A stretch of DNA of 43,825 nucleotides from an uncultured archaeon (GTDB lineage: Archaea > Thermoproteota > CALKCG01 > B24): contig CALKCG010000039.1 of assembly GCA_938082915.1 (NCBI GenBank), forward strand, positions 1 through 43,825, given 5' to 3'. The notes under the pieces are model-generated. The model did no database searches. It saw nothing but the letters and a program-made list of their open reading frames with translations, and was not told the DNA's origin. The translations under genes were made by a program, and so were the position numbers. Every line of letters begins with the position of its first letter. Positions within the stretch are counted from its first letter, which is position 1. This document shows, one piece after another, positions 9,505-18,432 of this stretch.

Positions 9505-11850
9505 TTGAGCACCATGATAAGGGCGCAAGGCGCGTCGCGAATCGCCATTATGCTCTTAACAACAATCGCACTTCTACAGTTCCAACAGATCTTCGCCAAA
9601 GCTCAATACGCACAATATTATGCGGTTTACGGTATAGTTGTAGATGAGAATGGAGCAAAGCTAGGTGATGTTTTAATCCAAGCTTATAGTTCAGGCGGAG
9701 CGCTCATTGACCAGTGCTACACGGATTCTGATGGATATTTTGCATTGACGTTAGAAAGTAATCAGCAGTATAAGCTCTGTTTTTCAAAAGCAGGTTATGT
9801 TAAGGTTGAAAAAACCATTGCCGTCTCAAGCAACATGAATGTGAGCACCATTATTCTATCCAGAGCCTTAAAGATATACAGTCCGGCTTTAAGATTAGCA
9901 GTGGGTTTAGGCAGTAAAATCACCATCCCATTTACGATAAGCAATGAAGGAGGTTCCGCTGAAATAGTGGAATTTATCGTGTATAAACCGAGCGGCTGGT
10001 CTGCGAGGATCTTAGACCAGAACAACCATGAGATCACGGAGATTTATCTACCGTCTTCGAGTAAGCAGAACCTTCAGCTGGAGTTATACATTCCCTCAAC
10101 GGCATCCGTAGATACTGAGTATGGTATAGCATTAGCAGCTATCGGAACGTTGAAATACTATTTAACGATGACGATATACGTCAAGCCAGCTGTTACAATC
10201 TCAGGCAGACTGATGGATGAAATGGGCAACGCTGTGGAAAACGTAACAGTAGACGTATATTCTTCTGATGGATCTCTCGTTAAAAGCATGACTAGTGGGG
10301 CGAACGGCTATTTTACAATTGGATTGGGATCCTCCAACAGTTATATACTTTACTTTTCAAAACCAGGTTATGTTAAAACCACTAGAAACATTGTGCTGGG
10401 AGATGAAAACATAGACCTGGGTGAAATAGTGCTACAAAGGAAATTACAATTGTACAGTTCTATCTTAGAATTGACTGCTGAATCTGCTAGAAAGCTGCTT
10501 ATCCCATTTACAGTTAAGAACTGTGGAGAAGATTATGAAACGGTGGAACTTTCAATAATAAACCCTAGAGGCTGGATTGCACGCATCTTAACCCAGAACA
10601 ATAGAGAAGCTTCAAAGTTTATACTGTCACCTAAGGAAAGTTTAAATCTCCAACTTGAACTCACAGTACCGTCTACTGCCTCTATTGGAGATTATACGCT
10701 TAGACTAATCGCCACTGGTTCGGTGAATTCATCGTTAGAGTTCAGAGTTAAAGTACGATCCTCAAGTGAAAGTACAATATTCTGCCAGTTCCCAGGTAAA
10801 ACGGTTACACCTGGAAACACTGCTAAATTCCAAGTTAAGATTAAGAATCCTACAGATGTGGAACAGAGGTTTAGCATTTCCATTAACCCACAGCCATTAG
10901 GTTGGAGGGTATCCGTTAAAAGTAGTAGCGGTGAAGCTGTATCAGATGTGATGTTAGATGCAGGAAGTTCCACCGATTTAATCGTCGAAATATTAACGCC
11001 TCCAAGCGTAAATGACGGAGAGTACAACTTTACATTCATAGCTAAATCTCCAAGCGTATTCGGAGAACTGCTCATACGCTTAATAGTGGAAAGGCCAAAA
11101 CCGTGCGTCGATTTGACGGCGGTGCCACCCTATCTTGACGCATATGCGGGATCTAGTGGACGATTTAAAATTATAGCGTCGAATACAGGAGGATATGATC
11201 TACTACTGAATCTTACTGCTGAAGGAGTACCCGATGGTTTAAAAGTTTGGTTTGAGGATGTAAACAAACAGGAGATTACGAAGCTGTATGTTGAAGCTGG
11301 TAGTTCGAGGGAATTCTACGCAGTTATTTCCGTACCTAAAGAGTATAGGTTAGGCCTGTACAGTTTTACGGTTTCAGCAGCTGATCTGAACGTGAGAAGT
11401 GTAACGGATTTGACTTTAAATATATTAGGGTTATATCGGCTTACTGTAACCACCACAAACTTTTACACTTCTTTAAATGTTGGAGGAGAAACGACGTTTG
11501 ATGTCGCCGTTAAGAACACTGGCACTCAAGAAATTACAAATGTTAGAGTAATTGCTGTAACTGGAAGTATACCTGATGGATTCACAGTTGACGTTACACC
11601 CAGCCATGTCTCTTCCTTAAAGGCAGATGAAGAATTCACATTCTCCATAACGATTAAAACAGAAGCGGATGTTAACGCAGGCAACTATTATATCGACTTT
11701 AACGTTTTATCGGATCAAGCTGAATCTAAAACATTTACACTGAGAGTTGAAGTTTTCCACGAAACAAGTTGGATCATCTATGGGGGAGCCCTTATCATGG
11801 TCGCCGTAATCGGTTTATTCATAGTATATAGGAAGATTGGGAGGAGGTGA
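9505..11850 (+). CDS. Secreted surface protein with duplicated [carboxypeptidase-regulatory-like + NEW3/COG1470-like] modules and C-terminal TM anchor
   Basis: 781 aa. Signal/anchor IAIMLLTTIALLQF. Two CarboxypepD_reg-like segments (YGIVVDENGAKLGDVLIQAYSSGGALIDQCYTDSDGYFAL / ISGRLMDEMGNAVENVTVDVYSSDGSLVKSMTSGANGYFTI). Each is followed by a P-x-GW-containing beta-sandwich unit (KPSGWSARILDQNN / NPRGWIARILTQNN). C-terminal TM WIIYGGALIMVAVIGLFIVY. Confidence 0.7.
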   Translation: MSTMIRAQGASRIAIMLLTTIALLQFQQIFAKAQYAQYYAVYGIVVDENGAKLGDVLIQAYSSGGALIDQCYTDSDGYFALTLESNQQYKLCFSKAGYVKVEKTIAVSSNMNVSTIILSRALKIYSPALRLAVGLGSKITIPFTISNEGGSAEIVEFIVYKPSGWSARILDQNNHEITEIYLPSSSKQNLQLELYIPSTASVDTEYGIALAAIGTLKYYLTMTIYVKPAVTISGRLMDEMGNAVENVTVDVYSSDGSLVKSMTSGANGYFTIGLGSSNSYILYFSKPGYVKTTRNIVLGDENIDLGEIVLQRKLQLYSSILELTAESARKLLIPFTVKNCGEDYETVELSIINPRGWIARILTQNNREASKFILSPKESLNLQLELTVPSTASIGDYTLRLIATGSVNSSLEFRVKVRSSSESTIFCQFPGKTVTPGNTAKFQVKIKNPTDVEQRFSISINPQPLGWRVSVKSSSGEAVSDVMLDAGSSTDLIVEILTPPSVNDGEYNFTFIAKSPSVFGELLIRLIVERPKPCVDLTAVPPYLDAYAGSSGRFKIIASNTGGYDLLLNLTAEGVPDGLKVWFEDVNKQEITKLYVEAGSSREFYAVISVPKEYRLGLYSFTVSAADLNVRSVTDLTLNILGLYRLTVTTTNFYTSLNVGGETTFDVAVKNTGTQEITNVRVIAVTGSIPDGFTVDVTPSHVSSLKADEEFTFSITIKTEADVNAGNYYIDFNVLSDQAESKTFTLRVEVFHETSWIIYGGALIMVAVIGLFIVYRKIGRR

Positions 11851-12817
11851 GAAATGTTTGAGTTATGCTATTGAAACATACAATTTGACGAAAATCTATA
11901 AATCCGAGGGGAAGACCGTGGTGGCTGTAGACCATTTAAACTTAAATGTCGAGAAGGGTTTAGTCTTCGGATTGCTTGGACCTAATGGTGCTGGAAAAAC
12001 AACGCTAATTATGATGTTAACTGGGTTGACTCTTCCGACGAGCGGCTCAGGTAAAGTCCTTGGATACGACATTGTGAAGGAGTCCTTACAGATAAGGAAG
12101 AAAGTTGGACTACTGCCGGATCCATTCGGCTTCTACGACCACCTTACAGCTGAGCAAAACCTCGAGTATATAGCGGCGTTAAACGATGTACCTAAAGCTG
12201 AAAGAAAGAAACGCGTTGAAGATGTATTGACGGCTGTGGGATTGTATGAGGTTAAGGATAGGAAGGTTAGAGGTTTTTCTAGGGGGATGAAGCAGAGGCT
12301 TGGTATAGCCCAAGCCCTCATTAAAGACCCTGAACTCTTAATATTTGATGAGCCTACTGCTGGATTAGACCCAGAGGGGGCTAGAGCTTTCAGGGAACAG
12401 GTAGGTAGACTTAGTAAAGAGGGGAAGACTATAATGCTTAGTACGCATTTACTCTTTGAAGTTGGACCTCTCTGCAACTACATAGCTGTAATAAATCGAG
12501 GTAAACTGATAGTTCAGGGAAGAGTTAGAGAACTCATAGAGAAGATGATGGTTGAAGAAGGCTATAGGATTCGTGTTAAAGCTACAGGAGATGTACAAAC
12601 GCTAATTGCAAATATAGCACAGCTCAATGAAGTGAGTGAAGTTAAACGTGAAGGCGACACTATACTCATAAAGGCGAGTAGAGATGTAAGGTCTGATGTA
12701 AATAAGATCGCATTAAGCCTTGGATTAGAGATCTCAACTCTTCAAGTAGAAGAGCCAACGTTGGAGGACTTGTTTATGAAATACTATAGGAGGGACGAGG
12801 TGGCAGAACATGCCTAG
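11837..12817 (+). CDS. ABC transporter ATP-binding protein (ABC-2/CcmA-type)
   Basis: Walker A GPNGAGKTT, signature FSRGMKQRLGIAQAL, Walker B LLIFDEPTAGLD. The real start is probably the in-frame TTG at 11858, preceded by GGAGGAGGTGA. Confidence 0.9.
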   Translation: MGGGEKCLSYAIETYNLTKIYKSEGKTVVAVDHLNLNVEKGLVFGLLGPNGAGKTTLIMMLTGLTLPTSGSGKVLGYDIVKESLQIRKKVGLLPDPFGFYDHLTAEQNLEYIAALNDVPKAERKKRVEDVLTAVGLYEVKDRKVRGFSRGMKQRLGIAQALIKDPELLIFDEPTAGLDPEGARAFREQVGRLSKEGKTIMLSTHLLFEVGPLCNYIAVINRGKLIVQGRVRELIEKMMVEEGYRIRVKATGDVQTLIANIAQLNEVSEVKREGDTILIKASRDVRSDVNKIALSLGLEISTLQVEEPTLEDLFMKYYRRDEVAEHA

Positions 12818-13757
12818 TATGTTTACAGTAGCGTTAAAAGAGTTTTCCGATGTCGTGAAGGGGAGGCGGTTCATAGTGCTAGTGATAGTCTTCGGTTTGC
12901 TTCTTACAGTAGCTATTGCATCGGTTTATCTTACGGTAATGCAAAGCATTAACATACCTGGGATTGCTATGCCTCGTGGCTTCTTGGGTAGAGCAGCGTA
13001 TACATTAGTTACAATGATGTCGTATTTCGCACCAATAATAGGTTTAGCACTCGGTTTTGATGCCATGTCGGGTGAAAAGGAGAAGGGCACATTGAAGATA
13101 GTCCTTGCTCAACCCGTATATAGAGATACCGTTATAAACGGGAAATTCCTTGCAGCTCTTCTAGCAACTTCCCTGGCAATACTCGTAGCATCTATTGCGA
13201 ACATAGGGGGAGCTGCATTTGTTCTAGGTGTTACACCTACGGGTGAAGAAGTTGCTAGACTAGTCTTATTCATAGCATTCTCCATACTCTTCGCCATGAC
13301 ATACTACAGCATAGCAGTATTACTATCAACTATTTCGAAGAGAACTACGCAAAGTATGATTATTGGAGTCGTATTATGGGCAATCTTCACATTTGTCATA
13401 CCTATAATAGCTTCCTTAGTTGCCTTCACAGCTAGACCAATACGCATTGGCCAAAACATACAAAACATGACCAGAGAAGAGATGCAACGACTAATGGAAG
13501 AGATGAGGAGCCGTATAGCTATAACTGAAGCTATAAATAGCTTTACGCCAAACTACCACTTCAGTAGAATTGCACAGTACATTTTAAACATTTACACTGG
13601 AATAGCCATTGGATCTAGAACTTCCGCAGAAGTTAGGAGTATTTCCATAATGGAGGGCTTAACCTCAGCGTGGCCAAACATTCTAGTATTAGTGCTGATT
13701 ACAGCTATCGCATTCATCGCATCATACATGATATTTATGCGGCAGGAAATCCGTTAA
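12810..13757 (+). CDS. ABC-2 type transporter permease
   Basis: 315 aa with about 6 hydrophobic spans. 8-nt overlap with the upstream ATPase gene. Confidence 0.8.
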   Translation: MPSMFTVALKEFSDVVKGRRFIVLVIVFGLLLTVAIASVYLTVMQSINIPGIAMPRGFLGRAAYTLVTMMSYFAPIIGLALGFDAMSGEKEKGTLKIVLAQPVYRDTVINGKFLAALLATSLAILVASIANIGGAAFVLGVTPTGEEVARLVLFIAFSILFAMTYYSIAVLLSTISKRTTQSMIIGVVLWAIFTFVIPIIASLVAFTARPIRIGQNIQNMTREEMQRLMEEMRSRIAITEAINSFTPNYHFSRIAQYILNIYTGIAIGSRTSAEVRSISIMEGLTSAWPNILVLVLITAIAFIASYMIFMRQEIR

Positions 13758-13903
13758 AAACAGTTATTCAACCCTTCACTTTCACCTAATCGAATATTTT
13801 TGCTCCTCATCGTACTGCAATGGAATCTTTTAAACTTAGATCAAGCCTATAAGAATATTTCTTCTTATAAATCTCCTACGAGTAATTGGAAAACTGTTAG
13901 AGG

Positions 13904-14986
13904 TTGAGCTTCATGCCTGAACGTGTGAGATTTGGATATGTGGGTTGCGGTTTTATGGCTCAGAAGGTACATATTCCAAATTTCAAAAGTATACCTGAAT
14001 GTGAGTTTTTAGCCATAGCAGAAGTTAGGGAAAAATTGGGGAGGAAGGTGCAGGCAAGGTATGGAATTCCACGCCTATATAAGAATCACTTAGAGTTGGC
14101 TGACGACCCGGATATAGATGCGGTAGGTGTTTCAGCAGCATTCGCATTACAGGGTGAAATCGCACGGGATTTATTGGATGCTGGGAAGCATGTCTTCATG
14201 GAGAAGCCCATGGCAGTCTCCATTGAGCAGGCTGAGAGAATACTAGCGACAGTGAAAACTAAAGGAAGTCGACTCATGGTTGCTTATATGAAACGTTATG
14301 ATACTGGAAATGAGCTTGTTAAAAACCTCATATCGAATTACAGGGAGAGTGGCGAGCTTGGGAGAATACTTCTAGCACGTAATCACGGCTTCTGCGGCGA
14401 ATGGATATGCAACATAGATACACCTATGGAGGTGACTGATGAGAAGCCTCCTGAACCGCCAGTTATAAAACCCAACTGGCTACCGGATAAATACTTAAAC
14501 TCATATATAGGTTATCTACAGCAGTATACGCATAATGTTAATCTGTTAAGGTGGTTCCTCGACGCAGGCGATAAGGTAACTGTAAAATACGTGGATTTTG
14601 ATGAAGACGGTATGACTGGCATAGTAATCTTCGATATGAATGGTGTGAGAGTTACAATCGAATCTGGACAGATGTCCCACTATCGTTGGGATGAAGTAAC
14701 AGAGGTGTACTTTCAACACGGATGGATAAAGACTTGGGCACCTCCACTACTACTGAAGAATGCCCCAGCTGAAGTAGAGGTGTATAGGGCTGGTAAGGTT
14801 CAAGAGTTTATACGTCCCATACCCAAGCCGATGTGGACATGGTCTTATAAGCGGGAGGCAGAACACTTCATACATTGCATACTAAGTGGGGAACCATTCC
14901 GTTCACCGGGTGAAGATTCTTTAATAGACGTCAGAGTACTAGAAGATATTTACCGTTTGTACTTGACGGAGAAGGGGGAGCTCTAG
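13904..14986 (+). CDS. Gfo/Idh/MocA-family NAD(P)-dependent oxidoreductase
   Basis: N-terminal Rossmann motif RFGYVGCGFMAQKVHIPNF and EKPMA motif (HVFMEKPMAVS). ATG at 13913 is an alternative start. TATA-like TCTTATAAAT lies about 35 nt upstream. Confidence 0.85.
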   Translation: MSFMPERVRFGYVGCGFMAQKVHIPNFKSIPECEFLAIAEVREKLGRKVQARYGIPRLYKNHLELADDPDIDAVGVSAAFALQGEIARDLLDAGKHVFMEKPMAVSIEQAERILATVKTKGSRLMVAYMKRYDTGNELVKNLISNYRESGELGRILLARNHGFCGEWICNIDTPMEVTDEKPPEPPVIKPNWLPDKYLNSYIGYLQQYTHNVNLLRWFLDAGDKVTVKYVDFDEDGMTGIVIFDMNGVRVTIESGQMSHYRWDEVTEVYFQHGWIKTWAPPLLLKNAPAEVEVYRAGKVQEFIRPIPKPMWTWSYKREAEHFIHCILSGEPFRSPGEDSLIDVRVLEDIYRLYLTEKGEL

Positions 14987-14990
14987 GAAG

Positions 14991-15021
14991 ATTCTACCCA
15001 TAACTTAATACTAGGTAGAAT
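14991..15021 (+). terminator. Hairpin followed by T-rich tract downstream of the oxidoreductase gene
   Basis: ATTCTACC (14991-14998) pairs with GGTAGAAT (15014-15021), followed by TTCTATTT. Weak, with a 15-nt loop. Confidence 0.25.
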
Positions 15022-15066
15022 TTCTATTTAGCCGATATTATGGTGGGCTTTAATACTAAGAACTAA

Positions 15067-15723
15067 ATGGTTTCTCCACGAAGATTAGAACCTTTAAGTT
15101 TAAAAGTGAATGGTTCTCTAGTCTTAATAGGCTATGGATACTTTAAGCTCTTTGGCAAAAATTCTCTCGAAAACCTTAAAAGTGGAAATTTAGATTTTGC
15201 ATTTAAAAGTGAACATGACTTGGGGTTAAGTTTCAATATTAGAAATTTTAAACCTCAGGACTTAGACGCGGTTATACGTATAAACCTGATGTGTCTACCT
15301 GAAAACTATACGTCTTCGTTCTACATGAGCCATTATGAAAGCTTCCCTAAAGCTTTCTATGTTGCTGAAGTTAATGGTAGGATTATAGGCTATGTGATGG
15401 CTAGGGTTGAAAGAGGACTGTCTAACCATAAACCAATAAGCATAGTTAAGAAGGGACATATAATTTCCATAGCGGTTTTACCAGAATACAGACGTAGAGG
15501 TGTTGGAAGATCGCTTATGATTAATTCTTTGAAAGGACTTAAAGATTATAATGCTGAAGAATGCTACCTTGAAGTCCGCGTCTCAAATACGCCAGCCATA
15601 AATCTGTATAGAAGCTTGAACTTTGAAATCATCCACATCATTAGAGGATACTATTTAAACGGTGAAGATGCCTACCTCATGAGTAGAAGGTTGGATTTTT
15701 TACCGGAAGATTGTACTTTTTGA
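15067..15723 (+). CDS. GNAT N-acetyltransferase, Ard1/RimI-type (protein N-terminal acetyltransferase-like)
   Basis: Acetyl-CoA motif RRRGVGRSLM. IRNFKPQDLDAVIRINLMCLPENY and YYLNGEDAYLMSRRL are typical of archaeal Ard1. The track start is probably over-extended; the in-frame TTG at 15220 gives a typical ~167-aa protein. Confidence 0.85.
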   Translation: MVSPRRLEPLSLKVNGSLVLIGYGYFKLFGKNSLENLKSGNLDFAFKSEHDLGLSFNIRNFKPQDLDAVIRINLMCLPENYTSSFYMSHYESFPKAFYVAEVNGRIIGYVMARVERGLSNHKPISIVKKGHIISIAVLPEYRRRGVGRSLMINSLKGLKDYNAEECYLEVRVSNTPAINLYRSLNFEIIHIIRGYYLNGEDAYLMSRRLDFLPEDCTF

Positions 15724-15727
15724 CGGC

Positions 15728-16978
15728 TCATTTTCTTTTTCTGAAGTATGCGAGTCCATCGTGGGTGAAGACGTATTCAAAGCCTGCCTCCAACAGTTTT
15801 ACTATCTCTTCCTTCGTTTGTGCTACTTTAACGTGGAATTCGTCGCTCTGCTGCTGGTAAAGTGCTTTTTCAATGGTTACGTAGATCATGGTATTTTGAA
15901 TGTTCTTATGCCCAAGCACTTCCTTGACGTGTAATATGTCCTTTGTTTTATGGTACTCTATGGTCCCCTTCCAATGTCTGAATACGTGAAATGTTATATT
16001 CTTAAGCCTTGGATTGTTAAGCTTTACAGCTAGTCTATTCCTCTGATTGATGAAGGATTTCTTCCACGACCCCTTTTTAGCTGGAAAGATCTTCTCGTTC
16101 TCCCTTGGAAGAGAATTCAACATTTCAATGAGCTTCAAGCTTATTGGCAGTATTCTAGGCTTACTCCCCTTCTCAGGGGTTATTTTAACAAGCCTCCTCT
16201 CAAAGTCCACATCCGTCCATTTCAACTTTAAGGCCTCACCGAGCCTAGCGCCCGTCTCCTTGAGAAGCTGTAGAAGCGTTGAAGTTTTCCTCCCACATCC
16301 AGCTATCAATTGGTCAAGTTCTTCTTCCGTAGGTATGAATGGTATCTTCTCTTCGACCTTAAATTTAGGCATCTCCCAGCTCCCTTTAACGAATTTCAAG
16401 AAGGTGTCGTAGGCTTTAACATAAGCCATTTTTGAAGCGTTTGAAACCTTTAAACCGGCGATGAACCTTTTAACTTCTTCAGGATCGTAGACGTTGGAGT
16501 TTTCAACGACCTTCTTCAGAAAACAGCTGTAGTTTTTAACCGTTTCCTCGGTTTTCCCCTGACTTTTAAGCCATGCTGCAAATCTTGTGACGACGCCCCC
16601 CGCGGGCTTCTCCTTCAGGGGGACGGATTCCACCTCCAACACCTTGCCCATCTCAGACCTAGAGCCCGCCGAACCTAGGTCCTCATCTCCGTCTTTAAGA
16701 TAACTGTTGGATCTATTTAAGCTCTCGGTCTCGTGGGCTTTCCTATGCTTCGAGTGTGGGTCTGTGAATCTATATCCACAGTCTCGGCATAGGTATCGTT
16801 GGACTTTAGAGCCGTCGCTTAGCTCACGCCATCCATCTCTGAATAAGCGTTCAGAGCCGCACTCTGGGCAGCTCAGCCGGTCCCCTATGGGAGCTTTACG
16901 CTCATCCCGAGGACCGGTTGAGCCTTCGCGAACATCCATTGGGTCTCCTCTTGAGACATCTGAGCCCGTCCCGCTCAC
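15728..16978 (-). CDS. int: Tyrosine recombinase/integrase with N-terminal zinc ribbon (intact, pNOB8-type organisation rather than split SSV-type)
   Basis: CPECGS...CRDCG ribbon at the N-terminus. Catalytic-domain motifs TGARLGEAL (Arg), HVFRHWKGT (H-x-x-R) and LGHKNIQNTMIYV (His/Tyr). The stop lies 4 nt from the convergent GNAT stop. Confidence 0.9.
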   Translation of the reverse strand: MSGTGSDVSRGDPMDVREGSTGPRDERKAPIGDRLSCPECGSERLFRDGWRELSDGSKVQRYLCRDCGYRFTDPHSKHRKAHETESLNRSNSYLKDGDEDLGSAGSRSEMGKVLEVESVPLKEKPAGGVVTRFAAWLKSQGKTEETVKNYSCFLKKVVENSNVYDPEEVKRFIAGLKVSNASKMAYVKAYDTFLKFVKGSWEMPKFKVEEKIPFIPTEEELDQLIAGCGRKTSTLLQLLKETGARLGEALKLKWTDVDFERRLVKITPEKGSKPRILPISLKLIEMLNSLPRENEKIFPAKKGSWKKSFINQRNRLAVKLNNPRLKNITFHVFRHWKGTIEYHKTKDILHVKEVLGHKNIQNTMIYVTIEKALYQQQSDEFHVKVAQTKEEIVKLLEAGFEYVFTHDGLAYFRKRK

Positions 16979-17322
16979 CTCTTCTTAGAAAGCTCCAGCT
17001 CTATCTCGCGGACCAGTCCTTCGTCTTCGAGCATCGGTATCATGTTGTACAATGCCACTAGAATGCTGTGAGAACCGAACCAGTATTCGCCTGCCCTGAG
17101 TCTAGCCAATAGTACCCTGGCCTGAACCTCAATTGCCCTCTTCTCCCCCTCATCGCCTTTGACTATCCTAGACAATACAATCGAAGGGTCCTTCGCCTTT
17201 ACGACAGCCTCCATGAATTTCACTACGCAGTTGGAGGGCTTGAACCCCTTTTTCCTGCAGACGTCTTTGAATTCGTTCAAGAGGAATGGGTCGAAGCGCC
17301 ACCCGACTTGCTTCTGAGGCAT
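16975..17322 (-). CDS. Small DNA-binding protein, ribbon-helix-helix-like N-terminus (possible regulator/excision factor)
   Basis: 115 aa. VGWRFDPFLLNEFKDVCRKKGFKPSNCVVKFMEAVV has a strand-helix-helix pattern. 4-nt overlap with the integrase start. Confidence 0.45.
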   Translation of the reverse strand: MPQKQVGWRFDPFLLNEFKDVCRKKGFKPSNCVVKFMEAVVKAKDPSIVLSRIVKGDEGEKRAIEVQARVLLARLRAGEYWFGSHSILVALYNMIPMLEDEGLVREIELELSKKR

Positions 17323-17336
17323 GGAAGGTCACCACG

Positions 17337-18017
17337 TTACTTTTTTAATAACACTTTTGATGACGGAGGGGGGGAGGAGGGGCCTAATTTAGACTCCTCG
17401 CACTTCGACCCGAATTCGCAATACTTGCACTCCCAAGAGCGCTCAGGCTTCGGTGGGTTTTTTGAGGTGAGCGATTCATGCAGCGTTTTAGCGCGCTTCA
17501 AAATAGAATCCATGAGCTTACCGTCGAAGGGCACTTCGAATATTCGCCATGATAACCTGTGTTTCTCTAAGTATACTATCAAACCCCTTTGGTTGTTTAA
17601 AGCCAAGAGATACGGCTGAATCTGCATGACGTGGTGCTCCAATGATTTTCCTGGGAGTTTTGATATGCTCTTGACCTCCAAGACGACGTTCTCACCGTTT
17701 ACGCTTAAGACAGCGTCCACGCGCCCTGATATGCGTATCCACGATTCCCCGTGTTTCACGGCCAAAACTATGGGCTTTTCAAACTCGCAAGTCAAGGTCC
17801 CGTCAGACTTCAAAGCCCCGCTGAGAAAATCGTGTAAAAGCTCGCCTATCTTGAATACGCCGGACTTCTCAAGGCTCACGGCTATGCCCTCGCGGTATAT
17901 CCTGTACTGCCTTAGGAGGCGCGAGGGAAGTAGGCTTGGATAGTAAACGCCTATGGTAGGCTTTTCAAGATCGCGGGTCAAAGCCATCTTCAAGCACTCC
18001 TCGATTACTTTAAACAT
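17337..18017 (-). CDS. Cas4-family PD-(D/E)xK exonuclease with 4-Cys Fe-S cluster signature (not CRISPR-linked)
   Basis: GRVDAV...VLEVKS (D...E-x-K), QIQPYLLAL (QhxxY), one N-terminal Cys (EECLK) and C-terminal C-x2-C-x5-C (CKYCEFGSKC). This is the classic Cas4/RecB-like layout common in archaeal viruses and plasmids. Confidence 0.85.
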   Translation of the reverse strand: MFKVIEECLKMALTRDLEKPTIGVYYPSLLPSRLLRQYRIYREGIAVSLEKSGVFKIGELLHDFLSGALKSDGTLTCEFEKPIVLAVKHGESWIRISGRVDAVLSVNGENVVLEVKSISKLPGKSLEHHVMQIQPYLLALNNQRGLIVYLEKHRLSWRIFEVPFDGKLMDSILKRAKTLHESLTSKNPPKPERSWECKYCEFGSKCEESKLGPSSPPPSSKVLLKK

Positions 18018-18309
18018 TCACCATCAGCCCCCCGTACTTACGCTTTAACCCTCTGAGCACCTCGACCTCCCTCCTGATCCATTCAAGCCTAGGCTCTATA
18101 GATGAAATGGCCTCTAAGACTGGGTACTTCTTACACGCAGTCCGCGTAAGCTTGAAGCCACGACCGATGTGATATACCCTTAGGCATCTTGAGCAGAAGC
18201 GCTTGACCAGGGCATAGACAACTTTCTCGGCCTTAGGACGGTATTTCTTGAGCCTTCTATGGAATAGTCGACCTTCTATGCGGCGAATTTCCATGATTTC
18301 ACTATGCAT
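18010..18309 (-). CDS. hypothetical basic protein (99 aa)
   Basis: ATG start preceded by a G-rich SD-like GGGGAAGGGGG. 8-nt overlap with the Cas4-like gene. No recognised motif. Confidence 0.5.
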   Translation of the reverse strand: MHSEIMEIRRIEGRLFHRRLKKYRPKAEKVVYALVKRFCSRCLRVYHIGRGFKLTRTACKKYPVLEAISSIEPRLEWIRREVEVLRGLKRKYGGLMVNV

Positions 18310-18432
18310 TTTAGAACTACCCCCTTCCCCTAGTCTCCTCCAAGCACCTTCTATGGACGCACCTGCTTACGCCTTCTATTCTAGCGACCAGGTCGGCGCC
18401 CACTTTACCGCATAACTCACATATCGACCCCT

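Noticed and set aside
18310-18432. Zinc-ribbon-like reading (ICELCGKVGADLVARIEGVSRCVHRRCLEE) in the gap after the 693-aa gene, out of frame with it. Considered as a small gene or a programmed-frameshift extension.
   Set aside because: No ATG/GTG/TTG start gives more than about 26 codons, and there is no slippery sequence I can point to. Too speculative to call.
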